From NCBI GenBank assembly GCA_019894975.1, contig JAGXNO010000012.1, forward strand, positions 11,081 to 75,080: DNA of 64,000 nt. The letters are read 5' to 3'. The notes beneath the pieces are model-generated. The model searched no databases. It was not told where the DNA came from and saw only the letters and a program-made list of their open reading frames with translations. Made by a program: the position numbers and the translations under genes. Of this stretch, positions 37,710 to 48,333 are shown in pieces; position 1 is the first letter of the stretch, and the number at the start of each line of letters is the position of its first letter. Source of the DNA: Promethearchaeota archaeon. GTDB lineage: Archaea > Asgardarchaeota > Lokiarchaeia > Sigyniarchaeales > SOKP01.

Positions 37710-39482
37710 ATGTCAAATTCCTCTAACATTATTTCCTTAAACATAACAAAATTTCCACAGAATATTCTGATTCCTGATATGGATAATGATGTTTCCATTC
37801 AAGCAACAAATAATTCAAATAAGAACGAGAATTTTAGATTTGTTTTTGAAGGGGAAAATCTAGATGTTTACTATAAATCAGAACCGTTAAACGATCAGGT
37901 TGAATTTGCAGCAAATGAAACCAAAAGTATCGATTTAAAGCTAAACCCAACCGTTAGCGGTTCTGGAAAATTGATAATTAATGGCTTTTGGTTAAAAATC
38001 GTAGAATATACAGTTAAAGTACAAAAAGTTAGAGAAACTGTTCCAAAAAATAAGTTAAACAAAAAGTTAGAAAATTATAAATTCAAAGGTACAGAGAAAA
38101 TAGACTCAATAGATCCAAAAGAGTATCTCCTTGGAATGACATTAAAGGAGATACAAACCGCAGAAGAACAATTAGAGACAATGAAAAAAAATTATAACTT
38201 AACATTATCATCAAACTCAACAAACTCAGAAGCATTTACGAGGGTTACAATTGAAGTTATTGAAAAAACTATAAAACAATTAGCTAAAGGATATCTCTCA
38301 AATAATAATATTCAGAATGCGTTAGGAATAGCATTAGAATTATCAGATCCAAACGACCGGATTAATTTCTATGTAAATTTAATAAGAGCATATGCGTTTG
38401 AAAATATGAATGACGCAGTTCAAATAATTAGAAGTTTGAATGATGTAAATCTGCAGCAAAGCCTATTGAAATCCTTGATTTTTGATCAAGCATCTCATAA
38501 TCCAATTCCAGCCCTTACATTGATCACCGGTATTATTGATTCATCCACAAAAATTATTTTGTTATTTAATATAGCCAAACAATTAAATAATGATAATAAT
38601 TCATCTGAATTGTCAAAAATTTTAAGAAAAACAATTGAAACTGTTCTCAAATCTATAGGACTCAATAATGAAGATAAGAAAGACCAAAAGTTTTTCTATG
38701 AATCGCTTAAAGATGCTATAAATGGAATTGCTGAAATTGAAAATCCTGTTGCAGCGAATAACATAATTGAAGGGATTGATAACCAAACACTCAAAGAGAG
38801 CATAACAAAAGATTTATTTGATATGGTTTATGAGCTTGTGGATGAAATAAGAACAAAAATAGAATCTGAATTAGTCTTTTCTCAATTCTTTTTACTCAAT
38901 ACCTATATTTCGAACATTACCAATGAAATTAAAAGTTTTAGCAATATTGGTGGAAATGTAAGTAGTAATATTCTCTCAGGTGATTTCAATTTTAATCTTA
39001 TTTTTCTTTCATTATTTAGGTTTGATTTTAGTATTTTCCCATTTATCGATCGTGTATCTAGTGACCTAAAATTTAACATGAAGAAATCCATTGGATATTA
39101 TATTTTCCCTTCTGTTGATAATTTCCAGAACAATGAATTAAATGTTCTCCAGAAGACATTACAACAGTTTTTTAATAATTTTGCGAACGTACCTAACCAA
39201 TTACTCATATTTAACCTTGATTTTATTCCATATTTAGGAAAACCAACCGTAATTTTATCTTCTGAATCACAGCTAAGTAATACAATAAAATCTAAAATAG
39301 AAAAGCTTGGAGACAGTGTTAATCTAATTATTGATGATTCGATGTTTAAAGGTGGTGAAATTTACGATAATTTAAGAAAAATTATCCCCTCAAATAAAGG
39401 AGAGATTTTTAACCTTATTTTATCCTACGAATTCATAAATGACTATAATGTGTTTAAAGCATTTATTCAATCACTATTCTAA
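37710..39482 (+). CDS. Hypothetical protein: Ig-like N-terminus, alpha-solenoid/TPR-like middle
   Basis: Beta-rich N-terminus (ETKSIDLKLNP) followed by helical repeats (NALGIALEL.DP.DR; DAVQII). Confidence 0.5.
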   Translation: MSNSSNIISLNITKFPQNILIPDMDNDVSIQATNNSNKNENFRFVFEGENLDVYYKSEPLNDQVEFAANETKSIDLKLNPTVSGSGKLIINGFWLKIVEYTVKVQKVRETVPKNKLNKKLENYKFKGTEKIDSIDPKEYLLGMTLKEIQTAEEQLETMKKNYNLTLSSNSTNSEAFTRVTIEVIEKTIKQLAKGYLSNNNIQNALGIALELSDPNDRINFYVNLIRAYAFENMNDAVQIIRSLNDVNLQQSLLKSLIFDQASHNPIPALTLITGIIDSSTKIILLFNIAKQLNNDNNSSELSKILRKTIETVLKSIGLNNEDKKDQKFFYESLKDAINGIAEIENPVAANNIIEGIDNQTLKESITKDLFDMVYELVDEIRTKIESELVFSQFFLLNTYISNITNEIKSFSNIGGNVSSNILSGDFNFNLIFLSLFRFDFSIFPFIDRVSSDLKFNMKKSIGYYIFPSVDNFQNNELNVLQKTLQQFFNNFANVPNQLLIFNLDFIPYLGKPTVILSSESQLSNTIKSKIEKLGDSVNLIIDDSMFKGGEIYDNLRKIIPSNKGEIFNLILSYEFINDYNVFKAFIQSLF

Positions 39483-39563
39483 AAAAAGGTAAGTTACAAA
39501 GATTATTTAATGAAATATTTTATGTAATGAGTATAAAAGTAGAAAAACACAGGTTAAGCCCCT

Positions 39564-41237
39564 ATGGCGAAAGATAAGAAGAAAAAAGAAAAAAAGTCGA
39601 AGAAACAAAAACAAGAAAATAGTACTTTTTCTGAATTAATAACTCAAACAGGCAAAAGTAAAGCAAAAGCAGCAGCTCCTGCAAGTGTTGCATTAGGCCA
39701 AAATATTGACAGATCTGCAGATAAGCTATTCCTCGGAACTGATTACCGAGAAGTCCTTATTCCTGAAAGACCGTGGGCTGAAATGTTGAATGATGTGGAA
39801 CATTGGACTCCGTTACCTTATACTCATGGAATTGAAATGGAATTGATTATAGCAGATGACAACGGTGATTATCCCCCTGGTGATGAAATGGTTTTTCGGA
39901 TGAAAGAAATTGTTAAAGATGCTATTAAAATTATGGATGAGATACTTTATGCGGGAAGAAGTGATTTTCTACCTGTACCCGATTATATTCACCAAAAAGT
40001 GTTAGCTAGACCGTGGGGGCGTGATGACCTTGAAAAGGGGTATGCAATGGATATTCGCTATGCATTAGGAGACAGCTCTGTTGATATTGATACTTTTGCT
40101 CGAGATGGAAATGTAACGGCAATTACTTATATATTAGAACTTGTAACACCGCCATGTGTCTATGTAGAAGAATTAGCATATTGGGCGAGTACTTTATTCT
40201 TACTAGCAAAAGCTACTTTGCCAAAAGATTTACATATAATTGCTTCTGCGATAAACCCAGCAACAAAAGAATATATGCGCGGTGTTTCTCAAGCAGATCA
40301 CAGTCATATTGGTTCTTTTGAATCTGATTTAGAGAGAGTTCAAGCTTATTGCATGATACGGAATTTTATCCCACATATCATTGCTCTCACCTGCAATTCA
40401 CCAATTTTGAATAATAAACCAACTGACGTTGTGAAGGTCATTAATAACAGAATCACCGCACCTAACTGTGTCCGCTCATTAAGGTTAAAAAGTAACATTA
40501 CCATGTTGAGTAATAATGATCCAAATCATTATATTCCTTATTTAACTGATCTTAGTGAGAATTCTATCAATTTCCTACTCAATACAGTTCAAAAAGCAAG
40601 CTTAGAAGATGCAAGGTTCCAGGATATCTTCCCAGTAACGGATTGGGGAACGATAGAGGTCAGAATAAGCGATGCGCAGATTTCTATATGCAGAAGAATC
40701 GGTATCGCTCTTTTAATCGAAACATTATGCTACAAGGCTAAGAAATTACTCCAGAAAGGTGTTTGGGTACCAGATGTAGGCTCAGAGACAATCACATTGA
40801 ACAGACAAGGAGCCATCGAACGGGGTTTGATTTCCTTATTCCGCGTCTCACCTAACCTTAAGCGAGAAAACTTAGCACAGTATGACCCTGACTTTGCAGA
40901 GCAGTACCTTGGATCACAGGATAAACCTATACGCTATATGATGCAGGCAGTGCAGAGCATGTTTTTCTATTTGAAGGATGAGTTGAAAGAGCTAGGTTTT
41001 CTCTACAGCCCCTTTCTAAAGCCAATACTCCAATCCGTATTCGGCAATGTAAGCTATGCTGAACCCCCCATAACCGAGGCAGAATACCAGCTAAGCCTTT
41101 ACAAATACAAACTGGATAACGGAGAAGATCCTAGCATTTTATACGATTTGATTTATTTTACTATCCAATATTGTCAGGATCCACTGAATAATCCCCTTAC
41201 AGGGGTTTTAACTCTTCCTAAAGAGATGAGAGATTAG
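39564..41237 (+). CDS. Carboxylate-amine ligase, glutamate-cysteine ligase family 2 (GCS2/YbdK-like)
   Basis: THGIEMEL, LELVTPP, DHSHIG, ALTCNSP, RS.R, WGTIEVRISDAQ. Confidence 0.8.
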   Translation: MAKDKKKKEKKSKKQKQENSTFSELITQTGKSKAKAAAPASVALGQNIDRSADKLFLGTDYREVLIPERPWAEMLNDVEHWTPLPYTHGIEMELIIADDNGDYPPGDEMVFRMKEIVKDAIKIMDEILYAGRSDFLPVPDYIHQKVLARPWGRDDLEKGYAMDIRYALGDSSVDIDTFARDGNVTAITYILELVTPPCVYVEELAYWASTLFLLAKATLPKDLHIIASAINPATKEYMRGVSQADHSHIGSFESDLERVQAYCMIRNFIPHIIALTCNSPILNNKPTDVVKVINNRITAPNCVRSLRLKSNITMLSNNDPNHYIPYLTDLSENSINFLLNTVQKASLEDARFQDIFPVTDWGTIEVRISDAQISICRRIGIALLIETLCYKAKKLLQKGVWVPDVGSETITLNRQGAIERGLISLFRVSPNLKRENLAQYDPDFAEQYLGSQDKPIRYMMQAVQSMFFYLKDELKELGFLYSPFLKPILQSVFGNVSYAEPPITEAEYQLSLYKYKLDNGEDPSILYDLIYFTIQYCQDPLNNPLTGVLTLPKEMRD

Positions 41238-41267
41238 ACACTATAAAAGAAAGTATGGTGAATTTTT

Positions 41268-42815
41268 ATGTTAACATGTACAATAGAACAAAATGGCAGA
41301 AAATGGGAGGAGCACATCCTAGTTATTGATGCACATTCTCATCTTGGCCAAGATGTAGATGGTGCAACCATGATGAACCCTTTAGCTCCAGGAGCAGGCA
41401 CTTTTGACTTTTGGGGAAATGTCCAAGGGAGGATCAAGGCAGATTGGGAAAAAACGGGAGAACAATCTTTTACCAGTATTATGAACGGAAAGAATACTAA
41501 AATCTCCTGGTCTTTTACACCCTATCCTTTTACGGATAGGTTATACATTGCCCTTGAAAAGCTTGGAAAAAAGCATTCTGATTTAAAAGAGAAAGCTAAA
41601 TTTTATTCTATGATTGATCAAGGAGTATGCTTTCCTTTTCAAGACGTGTTTCGTGATAAACATCCAGAAGCGCTTTATCGAGCGAGTAATATTAATGTTT
41701 CACGTTTTACAACCAGATTTCCATTCTCTATGAAATTGATTGGATATGGTCGATGTGATCCCATGGAAGGGGAAAAAGCGGTTAATGAAGTAAGATATGC
41801 AAGAGAAGTATTAGGTCTCCGCGGATTAAAGCTTCATCCCAGGTCGGAAGGATGGATTGATAAAATAAGTTCGGAGAAAGCACTTCAAGTTCTTATAGAA
41901 GCAGCATCATTTTCAATGCCTGTTCTTTTTGACACTCGAGGGAGAGGGTCAATTCTAGAAATATCTCGGTTGATTGAACAAACAAGGAATGTCTTAAAAT
42001 CAAAATATCCTGATCTATTACCCCATCTTAAAGTAATTATTGCTCATTTTGCTCAGGGGAATATTGATGATTATGAAGTGTACAATGCAGTAGTTCAACC
42101 AAATACCTATGGAGATCTTTCAATGTTGCATGGTGCGGGAGCAGGTAACTTTTTCGAGAGTTTTCGAAAATGGTTTAAATCAAATAATAAAGAAAGAGTA
42201 GATAACCGGATATGGTCTGAATATCTTCTGTATGCTAGTGATTATCCATATTTTGGAGACGTTCATGCCCAAAAATTGATGAAATATATCATTAATAAAC
42301 AATTTTTTGATTCAGGGGGAACCATACAAGATACAAGAAATATTCTTGGATTAAACCAATTAAGAGTATTACCAGAATATAACCTTCCTCAAAATCAAAA
42401 AGAGTTAAAAAATCCACCCAGTTTAACCATTTCTAATCCTCTGTTTAAAACAAATAAAGAGAGTTCATTTGCAACCGCAATAACCACACTTGCAAAAACA
42501 ATCGTAGATAATAAAATTGATATTAAGAAGTTTTGTTTGCAGTTTAAGGAATCTTGGGCAGAATTTACTGATGATGTCCTCTTAACTATTATATCAAATT
42601 CAAAAAAGCAAGAGAAAAATATCTTGTTGATGAATTTGATAAAAGATCAGATTTCTATATTTGCTCCACTGCAATCGAATATGGAATGGAAAAAATTTGG
42701 TTACAAATATTTTGATCCACTAGATAGAGCATTCTTCGCAACTCTATTCAAAACAAATTATTTATCTATGGATGTAAATAAAACGGTAGAGACATTTACT
42801 CATATCTATACTTAG
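41268..42815 (+). CDS. Amidohydrolase family protein (Amidohydro_2) with C-terminal extension
   Basis: IDAHSHLG, GLRGLKLHP, VIIAH, LYASDYPY. Confidence 0.85.
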   Translation: MLTCTIEQNGRKWEEHILVIDAHSHLGQDVDGATMMNPLAPGAGTFDFWGNVQGRIKADWEKTGEQSFTSIMNGKNTKISWSFTPYPFTDRLYIALEKLGKKHSDLKEKAKFYSMIDQGVCFPFQDVFRDKHPEALYRASNINVSRFTTRFPFSMKLIGYGRCDPMEGEKAVNEVRYAREVLGLRGLKLHPRSEGWIDKISSEKALQVLIEAASFSMPVLFDTRGRGSILEISRLIEQTRNVLKSKYPDLLPHLKVIIAHFAQGNIDDYEVYNAVVQPNTYGDLSMLHGAGAGNFFESFRKWFKSNNKERVDNRIWSEYLLYASDYPYFGDVHAQKLMKYIINKQFFDSGGTIQDTRNILGLNQLRVLPEYNLPQNQKELKNPPSLTISNPLFKTNKESSFATAITTLAKTIVDNKIDIKKFCLQFKESWAEFTDDVLLTIISNSKKQEKNILLMNLIKDQISIFAPLQSNMEWKKFGYKYFDPLDRAFFATLFKTNYLSMDVNKTVETFTHIYT

Positions 42816-42922
42816 GAAGCTTGTTTCTTAGCAGAACTATTATATTTATTAAAAAATAATCTATATATAAAAAGTTACGAAAAGAATTTTCGTTATTTAT
42901 TCACTCCTTATGGGGATAAACA

Positions 42923-43981
42923 TTGAGAGGAATAGTAATTCTAAATTTAAGTGAAGGGTCTGAACCAACTATTGATATTCAATATCCTGATGATATTTGT
43001 GAAATCCTTCAAATCTCAACATCGGGGTTAATGAGTCTCTTTGAGCAACACAAGACGGTCAAAACGGGCCCTAATTATCTTGAAATGCAAATTAAAAGAA
43101 ATGTTAGTGTCGCAAGTTTTTTTACAGGGCATAGCAATAGAAGCTTTCTTGGAAAACCAGATCATTGCATAACAATCTTCCTCTCTGATGACGATACTAT
43201 TCCTAAAACATTTGAAGGTCAAGTTAGACGGATAGCTTTTGAATTATTACCCAAAAGAGAAGAACCTGATTTCCATGACCAATTTGTAAAATATTTTGAA
43301 CTATTGAAAATGGGAGAATTGGATCCTTATTATCAACAAATGCTAAAATTGACACAAGACCTAAGTACTAAAAGGGAAAGAATCGATGACCTAGCCCAAA
43401 AAGTTTCTTTATTAGTATCAGATAGATCTGACCATTTAAGAAACGTAGATGCTCTTAAGGATGAGATTAACGAATTATATGCAAAAATGGACAATTGGTC
43501 ACTTCAGATGGCAGAATTAAATGAATATAATGCAACCTTAACTATGAAGATTAAAGGTTTAAATCAACTAACAACTCAACAGAAAAACAGATTAATGCAA
43601 AAGGAGAACCTAATTATCAGTCTAAGTAATGAAATAAATGAAAAAAGTGAGATTGAAGATGGTGCTGAGAAATTACTTAATCAGATAAAACTGATTAAGT
43701 CACAAAATCAAACACTAAGCGACGAGATCTCCACGTTAAATGAGACAAATAAAAATTTAAAATTTCAAGTTTTAAAAGCCAATCGGGAAAATGAAGCTCA
43801 TCTTGATACTATCACGAATCTGAAATTAGAGATGAGGGAACTAAAACAACCCATACCTTCTGATACTACCGGTAAAGGCAAAAAGAAGGACGATATTATA
43901 GATTTGAAAAAAGAATTAAAGGTTCTAAGAAGAGAAAGAGACCATTATAAGGAAATGGTTAAGAAAAATAATCTTCTTTAA
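42923..43981 (+). CDS. uDENN/longin-like N-terminal domain plus long coiled coil
   Basis: RGIVIL...PTIDIQYP...H...VASFFTG is similar to the N-terminus of 56620; heptad-rich C-terminal ~200 aa. Confidence 0.55.
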   Translation: MRGIVILNLSEGSEPTIDIQYPDDICEILQISTSGLMSLFEQHKTVKTGPNYLEMQIKRNVSVASFFTGHSNRSFLGKPDHCITIFLSDDDTIPKTFEGQVRRIAFELLPKREEPDFHDQFVKYFELLKMGELDPYYQQMLKLTQDLSTKRERIDDLAQKVSLLVSDRSDHLRNVDALKDEINELYAKMDNWSLQMAELNEYNATLTMKIKGLNQLTTQQKNRLMQKENLIISLSNEINEKSEIEDGAEKLLNQIKLIKSQNQTLSDEISTLNETNKNLKFQVLKANRENEAHLDTITNLKLEMRELKQPIPSDTTGKGKKKDDIIDLKKELKVLRRERDHYKEMVKKNNLL

Positions 43982-44094
43982 TTTGAGATCCCTTTCGATT
44001 TAAATTTTTACCAATTTTACAAAAGAATCTAATTTTTTATTCTATAATATGGGAAAAAACACTCTATAAGATTTAAAAGGATTTAATACCTTAG

Positions 44095-44133
44095 GTAACA
44101 TACAATCTATTAAAAAGGGTTAAACTTAAAATG
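44095..44133 (+). repeat. 39-nt upstream leader duplicated at 45883-45921
   Basis: GTAACATACAATCTATTAAAA(A/C)GGGTTAAAC(T/C)TAAAATG precedes both beta-helix genes; 2 mismatches. Confidence 0.85.
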
Positions 44134-45783
44134 TACAAGAATAAACAGAAAGTGATATTTTTTTCAGTGATATTTTTATTAGGTTCAATTACCGTGCTTA
44201 CAATAAGTACAAGTTTTCATTCCCAAATTGCAATTGATTATGATTCAACATCACTAAAGACTTCTGCGACATTTACAGATGTAGAAATTAATGCCCTTGC
44301 CACTACCAATACTTCAAATACTGGTAATTGGACATGGGCAAAATCTATAGGATTATGCACTGGATCTGGAACACTTGGTAGTCCCTATATAATAGCAAAC
44401 CATGTTTTTGAATATAGTTCTGGCGTTGGAAATTGTCTAACAATTATAAATTCAAGAGTCTATTTTAGAATTAGAGATTGTACTTTCAGAAATTCAGCGT
44501 TCTCTTTTGTAGGTTTACTTATTGTCAATTCTACTAATGGTGAAGTTACCGATTGTTCAATATATGGTAATTATGAAGGTATTGTCATGGCAGATGTCAA
44601 TGATACTGAAATTAGAGATAGTCACATTTATGGCAATAATGATATTGGGTTAATCTTAGTTAATTCTCGTTTTAACACGATAAATAACAATAATGTTTCA
44701 GCTAATACTGAATGGGGAATTATCCTCGCAACAAGTATGTATAATACCATTTCTAATAACATTGCTAACGATAATCTAAATGAGGATGGAATAACACTTG
44801 ATATAGAAAGTAACTACAATGATGTGAATTTTAATACAGCAAATAATAATGGAAATGCAGGTATTTTTCTCGATGATAGTCATAGGAACACTATTTCTAA
44901 CAACAAAGCTAACGATAATTTTCAATTTGGAATTTCCCTAGACATTAGTACTCGAAATATTATTTCCAAAAACACCGTAAATTCTAATAACATCATGGGG
45001 ATCTTGGGTGTTGATAGTGACACTAATTTGATAAGTCAAAACACAGCAAATCATCACAGCGTGGCTGGAATTTACTTAGAAAATTGTGATGATTCAACTA
45101 TATCTGATAACACTGTTTACAACAATACTATAATGGGAATTTATATGGTAAATTTAAATAATATGACATGTACAGACAATTTAGCATATGAAAATAAAAT
45201 GTGGGGGATATATTTATATAACTCAGATGAATCTGTAATTGAAAATAATAATGCTCATCATAATAACTTCTATGGTATATATATTAATAGCGGCAGTCAA
45301 GTGAATGTGATAAAATCTAATCTTGCCCGATATAACAACTTGAGTGGAATATATATCCAGAGTAGCAGTAATAATTTATTAATTGATAATATAGCAAGTT
45401 ATAATGTAGAGCATGGAATTTTTATCGAATCAAGCAACAACATCGTTCTATCAAGTAATACAGCGAATGATAATGAAGAGAATGGTATCCATTTACTTAA
45501 TAGTAATTCAAACACTATCATTTCTAACACAGCGAATAATAATAAAAACGGAACATTTTTAGACGGTAGCAATAACAATAAAGTAATTGATAATGTATTC
45601 GTGGGTAATGACGATTGCTATAACGAAACGGGAAGCACAGGTAATATATTTGAAAATAATAGATGTTCTGCTCCTGGTGGTTTGCCAATAGACTTGAGTA
45701 CCATTCTATTGATTTTAGCTATTGTTGAGGGAGCAGTTATTGCGGTAATTGCTTTAACCTATTTCGTGCGAAAACGAAAATAA
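44131..45783 (+). CDS. Right-handed beta-helix (NosD/pectin lyase-like) surface protein, N- and C-terminal TM
   Basis: Many GI.L..S..N.I..N...N repeats; GSGT.GSPYII motif; TM plus RKRK tail. Confidence 0.88.
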   Translation: MYKNKQKVIFFSVIFLLGSITVLTISTSFHSQIAIDYDSTSLKTSATFTDVEINALATTNTSNTGNWTWAKSIGLCTGSGTLGSPYIIANHVFEYSSGVGNCLTIINSRVYFRIRDCTFRNSAFSFVGLLIVNSTNGEVTDCSIYGNYEGIVMADVNDTEIRDSHIYGNNDIGLILVNSRFNTINNNNVSANTEWGIILATSMYNTISNNIANDNLNEDGITLDIESNYNDVNFNTANNNGNAGIFLDDSHRNTISNNKANDNFQFGISLDISTRNIISKNTVNSNNIMGILGVDSDTNLISQNTANHHSVAGIYLENCDDSTISDNTVYNNTIMGIYMVNLNNMTCTDNLAYENKMWGIYLYNSDESVIENNNAHHNNFYGIYINSGSQVNVIKSNLARYNNLSGIYIQSSSNNLLIDNIASYNVEHGIFIESSNNIVLSSNTANDNEENGIHLLNSNSNTIISNTANNNKNGTFLDGSNNNKVIDNVFVGNDDCYNETGSTGNIFENNRCSAPGGLPIDLSTILLILAIVEGAVIAVIALTYFVRKRK

Positions 45784-45918
45784 AATTTTTCCTTTTTTTT
45801 TCTTAAACATCATTTCTTTATATTATAGAGAGAATTAATGTTAAATTTGTTCTATAAACTTTAAATGAAAAGGTTGTGTTGAGTAACATACAATCTATTA
45901 AAACGGGTTAAACCTAAA

Positions 45919-47772
45919 ATGCAAAATAATAGACAGAAATTGATTTTTTTTACACTTATATTTTTATTTGGTTCAGTTACGATACTTACAATAAGCACTA
46001 ATTTCCACACCCAACCGTTAAGCGATCATGATTCAACGCAATTAAAGACTTCCGCTACCTTTACTGATGTAGAAATTAATGCCCTTGCTACTACTAATAC
46101 TTCAAATACCGGTAATTGGACATGGGCAAAATCTATAGGCTTATGCACTGGATCTGGTACAGCTGGTAGTCCCTATATAATAGCAAACCATGTATTTGAA
46201 TATAGTTCTGGATTTGGATATTGCCTAACAATATCTAATTCAAGAGTCTATTTTAGAATTAAAGATTGTACTTTCAGAAATTCAGCTCCCTCTTTAGCTG
46301 GTTTATTTATTATTAATTCTACTAATGGTCAAGTTACTGATTGTACAATATATGATAATTATGATGGAATTGTCATGGTAGGTGTCAATGATACTGAAAT
46401 TAGAGATAGTCACATTTATAATAATACTGCCAATGGGTTGCACTTATCTGGTTCTCATATCAACACCATTTCTAACAACAATATATCTGAGAATTCAGCT
46501 ATGGGGATGTATCTCCTTCAGAGTTCTCATAACACTATTTCTAATAATATATTCATGAATAATATGGTATATGGCATTTTATCAGTTACTCATAGTAATG
46601 ATAATACCATTTCAGGGAATACTATTACGAAGAATCTAATAGGGATTTCCATTGATACTTGTAGAGATACTACAATTTCTAATAATGATGTGAGTAATAA
46701 TGATATGTTTGGGATGTATATAGATGATGGGGATGAAAGTGATATCATATCTAATACAGCAAATGGACACAATACAATGGGAATATATTTGACAAGTGCC
46801 AGTGACAATAATACTATTTCAAAAAATATTGCGAATAATAATTTTTATGGAATTTTTGAGAGTGGATGTATTAATAACGAATATTCCCAAAACACAGCGA
46901 ACAATAACGCACAATTTGGTTTTTATATAGCTGGGAGTATGGAATCAGTACTTCATGATAATACTGCTTTTAATAATACACTTTATGGAATTTTTCTTAC
47001 AGGTGCTATTAATATATCATGTACCGACAACTTGGTGTATGAGAATAAGCAATTTGGGGTTTACTTATCGGGAACACTCACATCAACAGTCGAAGATAAT
47101 AATGCACACCATAACGGAATGTTTGGTATATTAGTAGAGGGTTGTTTATCAATCGATATAAAATCTAATCTTGCCCAATATAATAACTGGAGTGGAATAT
47201 ATGTTTCTAACAGTGATGAAACCACTTTGTCGGACAATACTGCTAGTAACAATTACCAACATGGAATTGTTGTAGATGATAGCGATATAAACGTTATAAA
47301 ATCTAACGTTGCAAAATATAATAATTGGAGTGGAATATTCTTGGATATAGGAAGCGATTATAATTTAGTATCTAACAATATCGCAAGTAATAATAATGAC
47401 CATGGAATATTCTTAAAAAATTGTGCGGTAAATACTATAAATAGTAATACTGCGAGTAATAATGGAAAGAATGGAATTCATCTACTCTATAGCGATATAA
47501 ATAGCATCACGTCTAACACTGCAAATAATAATAAAAATGGGACGTTCTTAGAAAATAGCGACATGAATACAGTTGCGAACAATGTATTCCTAGGCAATGT
47601 TCACTGCTATAATGAAACGGGAAGTATGGGAAATGTCTTTGAAGACAATTCTTGTACGGGAGGAGGTGGCCCAACCATAAATCTGACTTTTACATTACTA
47701 ATCATCGCAATTATAGAAGGAGTAGCTCTCGCGGGAATTGCTGCAATCTATTTTAGGAGAAAGCGAAAATAA
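45919..47772 (+). CDS. Right-handed beta-helix surface protein (tandem paralog)
   Basis: Near-identical N-terminal block (LKTSATFTDVEINALATTNTSNTGNWTWAKSIGLCTGSG) and C-terminus to 44131; more central repeats. Confidence 0.88.
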   Translation: MQNNRQKLIFFTLIFLFGSVTILTISTNFHTQPLSDHDSTQLKTSATFTDVEINALATTNTSNTGNWTWAKSIGLCTGSGTAGSPYIIANHVFEYSSGFGYCLTISNSRVYFRIKDCTFRNSAPSLAGLFIINSTNGQVTDCTIYDNYDGIVMVGVNDTEIRDSHIYNNTANGLHLSGSHINTISNNNISENSAMGMYLLQSSHNTISNNIFMNNMVYGILSVTHSNDNTISGNTITKNLIGISIDTCRDTTISNNDVSNNDMFGMYIDDGDESDIISNTANGHNTMGIYLTSASDNNTISKNIANNNFYGIFESGCINNEYSQNTANNNAQFGFYIAGSMESVLHDNTAFNNTLYGIFLTGAINISCTDNLVYENKQFGVYLSGTLTSTVEDNNAHHNGMFGILVEGCLSIDIKSNLAQYNNWSGIYVSNSDETTLSDNTASNNYQHGIVVDDSDINVIKSNVAKYNNWSGIFLDIGSDYNLVSNNIASNNNDHGIFLKNCAVNTINSNTASNNGKNGIHLLYSDINSITSNTANNNKNGTFLENSDMNTVANNVFLGNVHCYNETGSMGNVFEDNSCTGGGGPTINLTFTLLIIAIIEGVALAGIAAIYFRRKRK

Positions 47773-47874
47773 ATTTTTTTTTTTTTTTTAATTTTGTCTG
47801 TTGTTCTAAATTAATCTTAGAAGAAATAGATTAATCAAATAAGTTGAAATGAATAAAGTAAAAAAAGCTAATTT

Positions 47875-48333
47875 TTAATCAGGTGTAAGTGAATCTAAAT
47901 CTGACAGATCTAAGCCGCTGTCTGAAATCTCAAAGCCACTGTCCGCTAAAAATTCGTCAAGAATCTCTCTTAGTTCGTCACCAGATCTCTTTAGAATTAA
48001 TCTAATTAACCCAATATTGATGTCAGGATCTGAAATTAATGTGAGAACTCCCTTAGGGCCGCAAGATGATGCGAAAATCTTACCCCCAGTAAATTCTGAA
48101 GTTACAATTTCAAGATTTCCAAGTTCCAGATTTTTACCTTGTTCTTCTGAAGCACAGAACACTGCTGAAGCGATTGCACCAATTCCATCAACATCAGCTG
48201 GGAAATAAGAAAATTTTGAAACACTTGCAATAGTAAGTCCTGTTCTATCAACTAAAATAACTTTTTTGATACCACTTTCACTTTTAATAATCTTGCTTAG
48301 AATATTATCGAAGCTTTTCGTGTCAATACTAAT
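47875..48333 (-). CDS. Roadblock/LC7 (MglB-like) protein with acidic tail; probable ATT start
   Basis: Frame extends 57 codons above the ORF-track start: ISIDTKSFDNILSKIIKSESGIKKVILVDRTGLTIAS...DVDGIGAIASAVF; AAGGTG SD 7 nt before ATT 48333; NIGLIRL motif. Confidence 0.85.
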   Translation of the reverse strand: MSIDTKSFDNILSKIIKSESGIKKVILVDRTGLTIASVSKFSYFPADVDGIGAIASAVFCASEEQGKNLELGNLEIVTSEFTGGKIFASSCGPKGVLTLISDPDINIGLIRLILKRSGDELREILDEFLADSGFEISDSGLDLSDLDSLTPD

